A program made the position numbers and the translations under genes. A DNA stretch of 64,000 bases from Octopus sinensis (Eukaryota): contig NC_043004.1 of NCBI RefSeq assembly GCF_006345805.1, positions 9,300,001 to 9,364,000 of the forward strand, in the 5' to 3' direction. Each line of letters opens with the position of its first letter. The stretch's first letter is position 1. Under the pieces are notes generated by a model, which searched no databases, was not told the origin of the DNA, and worked only from the letters and a program-made list of their open reading frames with translations. This document shows, piece after piece, positions 37,970 to 50,702 of the stretch.

Positions 37970-38760
37970 AATACATACAAACATACACACATACATACAC
38001 ACATACATACACACATACTTACATATATACATACATGCACACACATACATGCATACACACACTTACATACACATATACATATAATCATACATACAAACAT
38101 ACACACATGCATATATACATACATAAATTGATAGATACACACATACATAAATACATACATACATACAAACATACATACATGCATACATATACACACACTC
38201 ATACATACGTTCATACAAACACACACACATACATACACACACATATACATACATACGTAGTACGCACATGCATAGATACATATATACATACATACATAAA
38301 TACATACACACATGCATACATACATATATACATACATAAATACATACATACATATGCACACATACATACATACAAACACACACATACATACGCACACATA
38401 TACGTATGTACGCACATACATACATACATACATATATACATACATGCATACATATGCACACATTCATGCATACATACATACAAACACACACATACATATG
38501 CACTCATATACATACATACAAACACACACATACATATGCACACATATACATACATACGTACGTACGCAGAAGCATACATACATACATACATACATACATA
38601 CATACATACATACATACATACATGCATACATATACACACACTCATGCATACATACATACAAACACACGCATACATATGCACTCATATACATACATACAGA
38701 CACACACATACATATGCACACATATACATACGTATGTACGCAGAAGCATACATACATACA
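37970..38760. repeat. Compound (CATA)/(CA)/(TA) microsatellite with higher-order units
   Basis: Directly visible; gtacgcagaagcatacatac recurs at about 38560 and 38735. Confidence 0.9.
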
Positions 38761-39837
38761 TGCCCTTACTATTCTTCGTTGAGAAACAATGGCTGCCGTT
38801 TGTCCTTCATTGAGAATCCGAGCCCTGTCTATTTTCAGTGTAATACATCTCATGGTATCACACATTCCCATATTCCTGCTCCACCACCACCACCACCACC
38901 ATCCATCTATCCATCCATCCATCCATCCTACCTCCATGACAATACCAAACACTGTTACCCTTCGTTTAGTCGCTCGATCTGCTGGCAAGAGCAGCCAACG
39001 AATCCCTCAGCTCAAAGCTTGCTGTCCACGAAAATAAGTCGTTGGATCATTTAGGCTTCGATTACGTTTACCTATCCATTGGAAAAAGTCGAGATGGTCA
39101 TGGCAAGAATATCGTTTACCATAGATGTTCTTCATCACGGTTGGCTGGAGCTATACAACAACAACAACAACAACAAACAACGATAACAACAACAGCAACA
39201 ACTCCTTGGCTAACTTATAAATCACCACAATTATTCTACATGTCCTCTCGCCCCCCTCCCACATAATATTTTGTGTTCCTCCCAATATTACCCGCCACTC
39301 TTACTGCCACTTCCACATACTCCTCTCGCCTACTGCCCTTGCCACCCTCTGCCTCCCTCTGTCCTCCACACTCCCTCTACAGTCACATACTCCCACCTTG
39401 CGACTGTTACTGTCACATTAATAGTTTGTCATCAGTCACGCCATATTACATGTCCCATTATACAAGCGGACATGCGCAAAGAAATCTTTTTCAATGACCA
39501 CCACGTGCCGATAAATTTCCCCGTGTCTTGTCTTCTTGGTGCTGACGACCGGTTGGAAGGAAGATGGCGCAGAAACATTCGATTGTTATTTTGTTTTAGT
39601 TGTTGTTACATTGTTTTGGGTTGGGTTTTGCGTCTTGTATTTTCCTTTGCTTCTTCCCTTCTACCACCACCACCACCACTTTCTCTCCATCACCTCCTAC
39701 TTTCATCAAGCCACTATCGGCAACACAGCCACCACCACCACCACCACCACCACCAATTCTACGTCATCATTCATTTTCGTTATTTTTTGTTCTCTGTACT
39801 CTTACAGTGATCACGTGTTATTGATATTCATCACCAA

Positions 39838-39855
39838 TTATTATTATTATTATTA

Positions 39856-39910
<55 letters not shown>

Positions 39911-39964
39911 CATCATTATTATTATTGTTATTGTTATTGTTATTTTATTATTATATTATTGTTA

Positions 39965-39999
<35 letters not shown>

Positions 40000-40070
40000 A
40001 TTTTATTATTATTGTTATTGTTATTGTGATTATTATTATTATTATTATTGTTGTTGCTGTTGTTGTTGTA

Positions 40071-40120
<50 letters not shown>
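39838..40120. repeat. (TTA)n/(TTG)n microsatellite
   Basis: Directly visible. Confidence 0.95.
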
Positions 40121-40121
<1 letters not shown>

Positions 40122-40620
40122 GTGGTGGATTAGCTGAATCCAAAGCGCGTCGAACAAAATGTCTTCCAGTATTTGTTCCGGATCCTTACGTTCTGAGTTC
40201 AAATCCCGCTGACATTACCTTTGCTTTTCCTCCTTTCCGGGCTAATAGATTAACGTATCAGTAATATACTGGGGTCCAGTGGTATCAACTGCTCGGTTAT
40301 CATTCGAAACTGTCGGCCTTTTGCTTGAATCTAAAACCATTTTATGAAGGTGGTGAGATAACAGAGTCTGTAAAGCGTCGGATAAATGCCTAAAGGGATT
40401 TGTACCAACTTGTAGGTCCTGTACCTAAATCATAAACATTAATATCATCCTTAGCTGTGTATTGGCAGAAGCATTAGTGCGTCGGACAAAATGTCATGAC
40501 GTATTTGTCCTGGTTCTTTATATTTTGAGCTCAAATCCCACCGAAGTTAAGCCTGCCTTTCATTCTCTCAACATAAATAAAAGTACCAGTGAAATACTAG
40601 CGTCGATTTAATTGGCTAAG
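40121..40620 (+). mobile_element. Cluster of old, diverged SINE family A copies
   Basis: Degenerate heads at about 40121, 40348 and 40463; tacgttctgagttcaaatcccg and gagctcaaatccc B-box remnants. Confidence 0.6.
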
Positions 40621-40775
40621 CACTCCACACCTGGCAAAATACATATACAGCCTTCCGCCCAGCAGTCAGCTGGGACGGAGTGGAGCTGAGAGGTTAAACA
40701 TGAACGGCAGCAAAGGCCGTTACTATGAAAGTTTATAGCAGACAGGTTTATATTTCGAGTAATTACCTGTAGCAG

Positions 40776-41374
40776 GGCGACGAGCTGGCAGAAACGTTAG
40801 CACGCCGGGTGAGATGCTTAGCAGTATTTCGTCTGCCGCTACGTTCTGAGTTCAAATTCCGCCGAGGTCGACTTTGCCTTTCATGCTTTCGGGGTTGATA
40901 AATTAAGTACCACTTACGCACTGATGTCGATATAATCGACTTAATCCGTTTGTCTGTCCTTGTTTGTCCTCTCTGTGTTTAGCCCGTTGTGGATAGTAAA
41001 GAAATAAGTATTTCGTCCGTCGCTACGTTCTGAGTTCAAATTCTGCCGAGGTCGACTTTGCCTTTCATCCTTTCGGGGTCGATTAAATAAGTACCAGTTA
41101 CGCACTGGGGTCGATATAATCGACTTAACTCGTTTGTCTGTCCTTGATTGTCCTCTCTGTGTTTAGCCCCTTGTGGGCAATAAAGAAATGAGTATTTCAT
41201 CTGTCTATACGTTCTGAGTTCAAATTCCGCCAAGGTCGACTTTGCTTTTCATCCTTTCGGGGTCGAATAAATAAATACCAGTTACGCACTGGGGTCGATA
41301 TAATCGACTTAACCCGTTTGTCTGTCCTTGTTTGTCCCGTCTGTGTTTAGCCCCTTGTGGGCAGTAAAGAAATA
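40776..41374 (+). mobile_element. SINE family A trimer, 184-bp period
   Basis: tatttc starts at 40825, 41009 and 41193. Confidence 0.95.
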
Positions 41375-41508
41375 TGTATTACCAGTAGCGATAAGGTTCA
41401 ATATAAATGTGTGTGTGTGTGGCTTAGGTTTTTAAATGTCGACTGTCCTTGGAGTTAAATGTTGTTTTCATCCCAATCTTCAATGCTGCTGTTGCTGATA
41501 CTACTACC

Positions 41509-41566
<58 letters not shown>

Positions 41567-42773
41567 ATAATAATAATAATAATAATATAATAATAATAAT
41601 AATATAATAATAATAATAATGAGTCTGCTTCATTTCAAACAATCCCACAAGTCTTTCAGTAAACATTACCACCCCCTTCTTCTTTGTAGCCTCGTTCTCA
41701 AAATATTTACTTATTTTGCTGTGACTAATTCCAATCAATTCTTTAAATGCTTTTTTTAATCAATTATGTTAACAAGTTGTTTTTGTTATTTTTTTTTCTT
41801 TAGCTTTTCTTTTTAAATATAATTTTCATTCTTTCCCATGATTGTCTGTTACAGCTATTCCTGATTTTTGGAATATTACCATTGGCTTTTAATTCCCTCC
41901 GGGTTTCGTAATAAGATTTCTTCAGCGTAACATATATTGAATGATTCTAAATATATTCCGAAAATGTCAGAGAAGAACTGTTGTTTGGTCTACAAATTGT
42001 TCTCGTTGAACAAAGCTTTGTTAAATCATGAGAAATTCGACTCCGAATCGAATCGCATTTTATTTCTCCTCGAAGTTGTGACGATAAAACGAAAAGGAAA
42101 CAAATATACAAATAAAATCAAAGTAAAAGATATTTTCGCTGCCAAGTGCCAACTTGTTGACTGCTTAATCAAATTTTGGCAATGATCTAAAGTTCAAGAA
42201 GGCTGGAGAACTTGCTCAACCTTTTGATATGACGAAGTGTTTTGGGAAGGACCTTGGCATCAGAAATCTTCCAAGAAACGATACAGAAATATTAATGCAA
42301 GCGAATCTAATTTAATAACCAAAACAAAGATTTAAAATTAGAGAGGAAAGAAATGAAGGAAGAGGAGGAGGAGAAGAAACAATATGTATGCGCGCGTGCT
42401 CGTGTGCGTGATTATGATTGCATCTAAGCTTGGATATATCTGTGTACATTAATATATTTGAGGACGCTAGAGTAAGAGAGAAGGGGAGAGGAAAAGAGTG
42501 GGGAGAAGAGATACGCAAAAGAGTTTGTATGAAAGAGAAAATGAAAACAAGATGATAAACAGAAAATACTAATACGAAATATTCCGCGTAATAAGAAATA
42601 AGAAGAGAAACTATGTCGTGTATGATGTAGAAACGAGGAGGGGGGGCATAATAGTAACAAAAAACAAAAAACCAAAAAAAAAGTAAAAACCTAAACAAAT
42701 GAAGACTAAATATAGGAGATTAATTCCATAAAAGAATATATTCTATATAAAACATACATCAAGTTTTCTGAAA

Positions 42774-43800
42774 TATTGGGTAGGCAATTATGTTCCCGCC
42801 GTTCTTTGAAATTTAAATTTTTTAAAAGGTTTAATAAAAAATAACAACTAATTAATCAGTAATTTATTCACCACTTCTTCCCAACGTTCAACAAGATTTT
42901 CAATACCTCATTGGTAGAAATCACCCGATTTCGACTCGAAAAATTGATCCAACCAAGCTCTCAATTCTGCATCAATATTGAACGAAACTCCGCGCATAGC
43001 ATTTGAAAGAGATGGAAGGAGGTAGAAACCCGTTGGTGCCAAATCAGAAGAGTGCGACGGGTGTTGCAGCACTTCCCAGCCATACGTTTGAATGGCCTCC
43101 TTGGTCATATTGGCGATATGAGGGCGGGCATTGTCGTGCAGCACAAGAACCCCATGCTGACGATTAGGTCTTTTCTCTTGAATAGCCATGTTGAGTCATT
43201 CCATCTGTTAAACACTGAGTTCCGCGTTGACCGCTTGGTTTCGTTCAAGCAATCCGTAATGGATAATCCCTTCCCAGTCCCACCATACGCACAACATCGT
43301 TTTACGCGGATGAAGATCTTGTTTCACACGCCGTGTCGCCTGTTTACCGAGGCTGAGCCATTCCTTACGCTGCTTCATATTGATGTACAGGCACCATTTT
43401 TCGTTGCCAGTAATGATTCGATAAAGAAATTGTTGTTTGTGTCCATGAGTTGAGCAGTGACGAGCAAGCAAACCAGCAGAGATTGTGGCTCATTGGTTTT
43501 TGTTGCTGTTGTCACTTAAAGCATGCGGAACCCATGTTCCATATTTCTGAACCTTCCCCATCGAGTGAAGATGCTTCTCTATAACAGTGTGGGAGCATTC
43601 CATATTCTCTGCCAATTCCCTTGTCGTTTGATGAGAATTTTCGTGCAAAAATTGGTTTAATCGCTCTTCATCGAACTCAACTGGACGGCTAGAACGAGGT
43701 GCGTCTTTGAGGTCAAAATTTCCATTTTTGAACTTGGCATACCAATCAGGGGCGGTTCTTTCAGCCAAGGTACCCTCTCCGTACACAGCACAACGGTCGC
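42774..43800 (-). mobile_element. Mariner family 1, second copy, truncated at the transposase 5' end
   Basis: TIR tattgggtaggcaattatgttcccgcc at 42774; ORFs 42908..43189, 43208..43471 and 43490..43834 match copy 1; ends in (CA)n. Confidence 0.93.
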
Positions 43801-43891
43801 ACATACACACACACACGCACACACACACACACACACAGAGTAATCATTATAAAGGGTTTTATTCTTATATGACCTTATTTGTTTACGTATG

Positions 43892-44054
43892 TTTCGAAAA
43901 GCTTACATAAATGTATTCACAGCAAAAAATGGTTTGTATACATAATTAATTAATCAATGGTTCTTTCATTATTTAATCGATTGATCGATTAATTAATCGA
44001 TTATGCGTTCAAGTTATTGTTTGCTGTGAATACGGTTACGCAACTTTTTCGAAA
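43892..44054. repeat. MITE-like hairpin element
   Basis: tttcgaaaagcttacataaatgtattcacagcaaa vs tttgctgtgaatacggttacgcaactttttcgaaa are imperfect inverted repeats. Confidence 0.7.
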
Positions 44055-44836
44055 TTTATCGGCGCAAATAAAATGAAAAGAAAAAAAGGATAACTCTCCA
44101 GTTTTTGTCTGATTATTGCTTTTGAGTGTGGTTAATGGACCCGGCTATGAATTGGTGAATAACTTGGGATTTACGGTTTCTCCCTCTCACAAGATCCACT
44201 CAGCTCCGATGCATCGCTCTCCTCTTCAGTGGCCAGTCTTTGAACCAGATTCACCACAGCATGTCTCCTCCTAGATCTCTTCAGTCTTTATTTTCCCTCA
44301 TTACACAATTACACACACGCATATATACATACCTACATATATATACACACACATACACGCATATATCACGTGTACATATACACATATATACATGCTTACA
44401 TATGCATACATATAAATGTGTACGTGCGCGCGTGCACACAGACACACATACATACAAATACAGGTATAATGTAGTCCTACATGCACCTGAAACGGTGGCA
44501 GAGTCACGGTTGGAACTGCTTTTTGGTGGATGGCCTTGATCAGAACTGAAATGGGACTAAACAACAACAACAACAACACTAATATCATCACGAAAGCTGT
44601 GGCAGTGATATCAACATGAATGAGGGAACCCGTATGTAGCAGATCGACTGCTGAATATAACAACTAAATCTTCCGTAAATCTCACCAACTGTCTTTTAGA
44701 AAGTGCCAGACACGTTGGATAATATAATTTTAGATGCGCTGTTTGAAGAAAAGACAGGGTAATCAAAGCTGGAACGCTTTTGGTCACAGGTGCGTTCAGT
44801 CATTACTGACCTGGGACTAATCGACAGCACCAAGAT

Positions 44837-44887
<51 letters not shown>

Positions 44888-46179
44888 CAGTAGTAGTAGT
44901 AGCATTGGTGGGGGTTGTGGTAGTAGGAGTAGTACTGGTGGTGGTGGTGGTAGTTGTTGTGGTGACATCATCGTCGTGATGGTAGTAATGTTGATGATGT
45001 TCATGCTGATGTCGTTCGGTGACGTGGATGAGGTCCACCAAACGGCAGGTCACACATGGCAGATGGCTATAAACCATAACTAGCTAGCTTAACATGTTGG
45101 CTTATTTGTCGCATAAATTCATTTGATGAAGGGGACAGGCTCCTCTACCCCCCCCCCCCGCTACCACCGCTACCACCCCCCCCAACCGCCGCCAATAAGG
45201 AGTACGTTAGGCCTTTTCTTGTTTGACTTATCAATAAAAACTGCAGCGAAATGGTGCAGCGTGCTGTATGTCGCTGCTCGGCCTTGTGCGTGTCACGTGT
45301 TTGAGCTCGGTGTCATGAAGTCAGGTCACGGGTTAATGTCAGCCGAGAAATATAGCAATAGAAAAGGGGAAATTAATTAAATGTCTACTGGTATTTATAC
45401 CCCCACCAACACCACCACCACTCCCCCACCTCCCATTCATCCACCTAACTTGATTCCTTCGTTCCCCCCTCTCTCTCTCTCTCTCTCTTGTCTTATACTT
45501 TCTTTCTTTATGTTCTTTCAGTTATTTCTTTCTACCTTTCAAGATGTTATTGTTGTTGTCTTTTGTGTGGTTATTTTATTGTTTGTTTGTTTGTATTACT
45601 TTCACTTTCGTTTTCCATTTCTTCTTGTTTTTTTTCTTCACCAACCTTTCATAGTTCCATGCAGTTAGATAACAAACTTTTACTCCATCTCTTATAATAA
45701 CGACCAGACCACCGACAGAATGGAATCACTTTTTTGCTTGGCTGTCTTAACAGTAGTTCTACAAAAAAAATCTATCCTGTTTTTTATTTTCTCGCCTCGG
45801 ATCCTTCCATTCTTGCTCTCCATTTTCTCCCTCTCTCTCTTCTCCTTAATTCCCTTTCTCGCTCTCTTTCTAAGTCTATCTTGAGAAAGAAGTGAACAAA
45901 AAAAAAAAAAATATTAAATCCCTGATTTGTGGGAATGTAGTAAATGCCCAGTTGTGAATTCACTGTGATCGAAAGTGGGAGTGTCGTGATACATTTACGT
46001 AATAACTCCAGAATTTTGCTTCTTTTACGTTTGCACTGATTTCGTGTAGCATCCGAAGTCTGTTCTGTGCTATACAGGATTTTCGTTTCGTCTGGATGAG
46101 CAGCAGGTTTATTATTCGGATGCTCTTCCGAACACGTTGTTGCTGTTCGCTTTTAATCTGTTGTAATACTCGTGTTGTG

Positions 46180-46571
46180 TGGAGGCGCAATGGCCCAGTG
46201 GTTAGGGCAGCGGACTCGCGGTCATAGGATCGCGGTTTCGATTCCCAGACCGGGCGTTGTGAGTGTTTATTGAGCGAAAACACCTAAAGCTCCACGAGGC
46301 TCCGGCAGGGGATGGTGGTGATCCCTGCTGTACTCTTTCACCACAACTTTCTCTCACTCTTACTTCCTGTTTCTGTTGTACCTGTATTTCAAAGGGCCGG
46401 CCTTGTCACTCTCTGTGTCACGCTGAATATCCCCGAGAGCTACGTTAAGGGTACACGTGTCTGTGGAGTGCTCAGCAACTTACACGTTAATTTCACGAGC
46501 AGGCTGTTCCGTTGATCGGATCAACCGGAACCCTCGTCGTCGTAACCGACGGAGTGCTTCCACCATCCACC
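46180..46571 (+). mobile_element. tRNA-Arg-derived SINE family C, tail type 1
   Basis: A-box tggcccagtggtt, TCG anticodon-like loop gactcgc, B-box ggtttcgattccc; TSD actcgtgttgtg at 46168-46179 and 46572-46583. Confidence 0.93.
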
Positions 46572-46653
46572 ACTCGTGTTGTGCGATTCTATAACAACGT
46601 ATTCAACTTTGATATATTTTAAGATGAATTTTAGTTGCAATATGTTACAATAT

Positions 46654-46964
46654 GTGGAGGCGCAATGGCCCAGTGGTTAGGGCAGCGGACTCGCGGTCGT
46701 AGGATCGCGGTTTCGGTTCTTAGACCGGGCGTTGTGAGTGTTTATTGAGCGAAAACACCTAAAGCTCCACGATGCTCCGGCAGGGGATGGCGGCGATCCC
46801 TGCTGTACTCTCTTGCCACAACTTTCTCTCACTCTTTCTTCTCTTGGCCTGCTCTCTTAGCCAGCGGGGTGGCGTCATTTGAAGGGTAAAACTATGCGAA
46901 GCGCTTTGTGACCAGTGGTGTGTAGCAACATCTGATAGCCTGGTCGGTCACGGTGATCACGGTG
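46654..46964 (+). mobile_element. tRNA-Arg-derived SINE family C, tail type 2
   Basis: Same head/body, different 3' tail ending cacggtgatcacggtg; TSD atatgttacaatat at 46640-46653 and 46965-46978. Confidence 0.93.
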
Positions 46965-46997
46965 ATATGTTACAATATACTACGTCTGTTAGTTCGT

Positions 46998-47400
46998 TGT
47001 TTCGCTTTTATCAGTCATTGGTCAACGGCCATGCTGGAACAACGCATTGAAAAGGGGGTGTTTTTTTTAGGATAAGTATGGCATTTGTCCAATCGGCTTC
47101 TTCGTTGAATTGCTAACTTACGAAGATGCAAACAAACCAACACCAGTTTTAAAGTGATGGTCATGGAACAAACACAACAAAACCACTCACACACACACAC
47201 ACATACACACGAATGCACACACACGAATACACACAAATACATATAGACATACAGCAGCATTATTCACAGTTACCAAATTCACTCAAATGGGATTGGTTGG
47301 TTTGGAGCTACATGGTAGAAGGCACTTTCCCAAGGTGCCACGCACTGAGACCGAACCCGAAACCATGTGGCGGCAAAATGATCTTCTAATGCACAGTGAT
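46998..47400 (-). mobile_element. Old SINE family B copy
   Basis: cagtcattggtcaacggccatgctgga ... cactttcccaaggtgccacgc..gaaaccatgtgg. Confidence 0.65.
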
Positions 47401-47812
47401 GCTTTGGTAGCTATATATTACTATATACCGTCGTATATTGACTTTATAAAGGGATACTCTTCAATGCATAGAAATTGCAAAAGCATTTGATCTAAAAACA
47501 ATATATTTTCTACTCACGAAAGTCGTTTGAGGCCTTAAAATTGTCGTAACACCGCTTTACTTTCAGACTGTAAAGCCTGATATCTGCAGGTATTAAGAAG
47601 CTTAGGGTCAGGAAATTGAAACATCATTATGAGAGGTAAAGTATTTAACAAGAAACATGGCTTAAATCTGCCGTCGATCTTATATGAAACACTGGAACAT
47701 CTTAGCAACGAAATAAAAGTCAAATGAAATAAAGACTATAATAGAAATATTAAAATTACTAAGTCTCTCTAAAGGAGATTACGGCAGCGTTACTGGGCAT
47801 TAATAGTTATCG

Positions 47813-47884
47813 CCATACTAATATGGCAGTCTATAAATAAGACTAAAGCTTTAGTCTTATTTGTAGACTGCCATATTAGTATGG
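47813..47884. repeat. 72-bp spacerless palindrome
   Basis: 36-bp arms centred on aagctt (47848/47849) with a single T/G mismatch (47834/47863). Confidence 0.95.
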
Positions 47885-47919
47885 AAATAAAGACTGATTC
47901 ATTAAAAAAAGTTAATCAG

Positions 47920-48070
47920 GGACACTGTAATGGCTGAGTGGTAAAGAAGCTTGCATTGCAACCACGTACTTTCAGGTTCAATGCTAGTATCTGGTTTCTT
48001 AGTGTTTCTTCTATAGCTCCAGAACAACAAATGTCTTGTGAGTGAATTTGGTAGACGGAAACAGGAGTTT
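47920..48070 (+). mobile_element. Old SINE family B 5' half
   Basis: tggctgagtggtaagaagcttgc..caaccac..ttgtgagtgaatttggtagacggaaac. Confidence 0.6.
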
Positions 48071-48149
48071 GGTAAGGTGGATGTATGTACTGCAAGACTT
48101 TTTCATTTAAGTCACCAACTAGAGATTTGATTACTTCTTTGGTGACAAC

Positions 48150-48590
48150 TGAACCTATTCTTGGAAGATCATATACGACCACATATATCGCAGACCAAGC
48201 AGTTTTCATTCACTTCAGCATCTGTATCACGGTCTTCTTATCCTTCATCCAAACAATATTTCTGGTACAATGTCAATGTAACATTGCCTCAGGCTCAAAA
48301 CTTCGGTATCTTCCAGAATATCTGGGCCTACGAAACCCGATATGCAGTTTGACATTAAGAATATATCTTAAAGATTTTTGTTGGAAACTCTCAAGAAGCT
48401 TTATATATGAAGTTCGTAAAAGTCCTACATCTCATATGAACGAAACCAGTCAACACAGCAACGTTTGTCAATCTTCTGGTAACATTACAGAACCAATGAA
48501 AAATGTTAGAGTGGTGACGGTCGAATTATTTTTGATTCCGGACCTAAATGATTTGGACAAACCTGCGATTATTCAGTATCTAGAACCATA
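48150..48590 (-). mobile_element. Degraded RTE LINE C-terminal fragment
   Basis: Minus strand LLESFQQKSLRYILNVK..IVWMKDKK resembles the RTE thumb LERFHQRCLRRIL..HVVRM. Confidence 0.5.
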
Positions 48591-49118
48591 AAAATGTGAG
48601 AGTGGACAAGGCCGGGTTACCTTTGATCCCAGACCTGTTCAGTTAGGGCTGACTTGGGTCTATACAACAAAAGGGCTAGTACAGTTCCCCGATTACAAAG
48701 TAAGCTGGCACCTCGAAGAATGTCATGAATCGAACGTCGCGAAAGGATTTGAACCAGTATACGTTGGAACCGGCCATCTATATGCATCATCATGCAATTC
48801 ACATGCACGCAGACATTCAAATAATGGTCGGTGGATGATAGGACTGATAAATGATCAGAAAGTTAGGTCGGCTGCTCAGCACCTGGCTCTACTGACAGTT
48901 ATTATGGCTGCCCTACAATTGTTTTGCCATTAATTACAACTAAATCCAACCCCACAAATACCCGCCACCATCACCAACCGCACCGCAGAAAAAAAAACTA
49001 AATAAAACCAAAAAAAATGAATTAAATGAAAAAAAATTGCGTCAATGAATTAAGTGGAAATGAGAGGTAATGTTCTTTAATGAACTTAAACATCACAATC
49101 AGAATAGATCTTTGCGCG

Positions 49119-49490
49119 TTTCTTCTTCTTCTTCTTCTTCTTTCTTCTTCTTCTTCTTCTTCTTCTTCTTCTCTTCTTCTTCTTTTCTTCTTCTTCGTCT
49201 TCTTCTTCTTTTCTTCTTTTCTTCTTCTTTTCTTCCTTTTTCTTCTTTTCTTCTTCTTCTTCTTCTTTTCTTCTTCTTCTTCTTCTTCTTTTCTTCTTTC
49301 TTCTTCTTCTTATTCTTTTTCTTCTTCTTCTCTTCTTCTTCTTCTCTTCTCTCTTCTTCTTCTTTTTTCTTCTTCTTTTCTTCTTCTTCTTCTCTTCTTC
49401 TTTCTTCTTCTTCTTCTTCTTCTTCTTCTTCTTCTTCTTCTCTTCTTCTTCTTCTTCTTCTTCTTCTTCTTCTTCTTCTTCTTCTTCTTC
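49119..49490. repeat. Long (TTC)n pyrimidine tract
   Basis: About 370 bp, almost purine-free on the + strand. Confidence 0.97.
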
Positions 49491-50702
49491 TCGTCTTCTG
49501 TCCTCAGTTATCGTTTTGAATTAACAACACTAATGATAATAATCTATCATTATTATTATCATTATTATCATTATTATTATTATCATTATTATTATTGTCG
49601 TTGTTATCCTCATCAGCCTCATGAGTAATGTCTTCTCTTTCGATCGATCTCTTTGTTGTTGTTATTGTTCTTGTCAATATTCTTCTTCTCGTTACTGTTG
49701 TTGTTCTCCATTTCTCTATTACTGCAATTTGTCTTCTCTTCTCCCGCCCTTTCCTTCTTTCTTTCCTTCCTTTTTCCTTAAATTATTTACTTCTTTCCTT
49801 TTATCTTCCCTTTTATATTATTATCTTTTGTTTTTTTTTGTCTTTTTTTTTTTGAATTTATTTCTATCCACTTTTCTCTTTTATATTTTTCACCGGGCCA
49901 CTCATTCGACCTCTCTTTATTTCTCTCTCTCTCTTCCTCTTTCCCTCTCCTCTTTTCTTCTTCTCTGTCCATCTTCTCGCTCTTCCTCTCCCTCTTCTAA
50001 CTTCAGCTCGACATATGTAAGGTGAATGGCGGCCAACACACACTTCATGCCGAACACCGACTGCCGTGTCAATGACTTGCCATTGTTTACAAGATGCTGC
50101 TCCCCGGCCGTCGTAAACGAGCGTTTCTCCCTTGTCACTCCACCTTCCATTCGAACCCTTCTACCGCCTCCCGTTCTTTGACAGATCAAACCTACAACAC
50201 ACACACATACACAGAAGCATACATATGCAGGAACACCTTTTCACAGTTGCTGATACATACACACGAATCGACACATTCAGCTCTCACACGTCGTCGTTCA
50301 TATTTACATGGGAAAACCAACATCCCGACATACAAAAGGAAACGGTGACAAGAGCTGTTGGTGTGTGTGTGTGTGTGTGTTTGTATGGGCCGTTTTACTT
50401 GAGTGTGTGTGTTTTATAAGTGAGCATGTGTGTGTGTACGAGAGTGTAGTTGGGATGAAGAGTTCAATGCATACATACATACATACATACATACATGCAT
50501 ACGCGCGTATATTAATGGTGTTTATGCCAAACAAGTAATACAACTGCTTCTTCTGGTAACGCCATCGATATTGTTTTGGTGAATCGACCAACGGAAACAC
50601 ACACGCGCGCGCGCGCACACACACACATATATACACACACAAATACATGAGTACAGATATACATAATCAGAAATGTATGTAGAATTATGCAATAGTTATA
50701 TA

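Noticed and set aside
46180-46730. Two tRNA-Arg(TCG)-like sequences as tRNA genes
   Set aside because: They continue into SINE bodies, are bounded by TSDs and lack a proper acceptor stem/terminator.
48085-48591. 168-aa + strand ORF as a novel protein
   Set aside because: It is the antisense of a degraded RTE fragment and overlaps SINE sequence.
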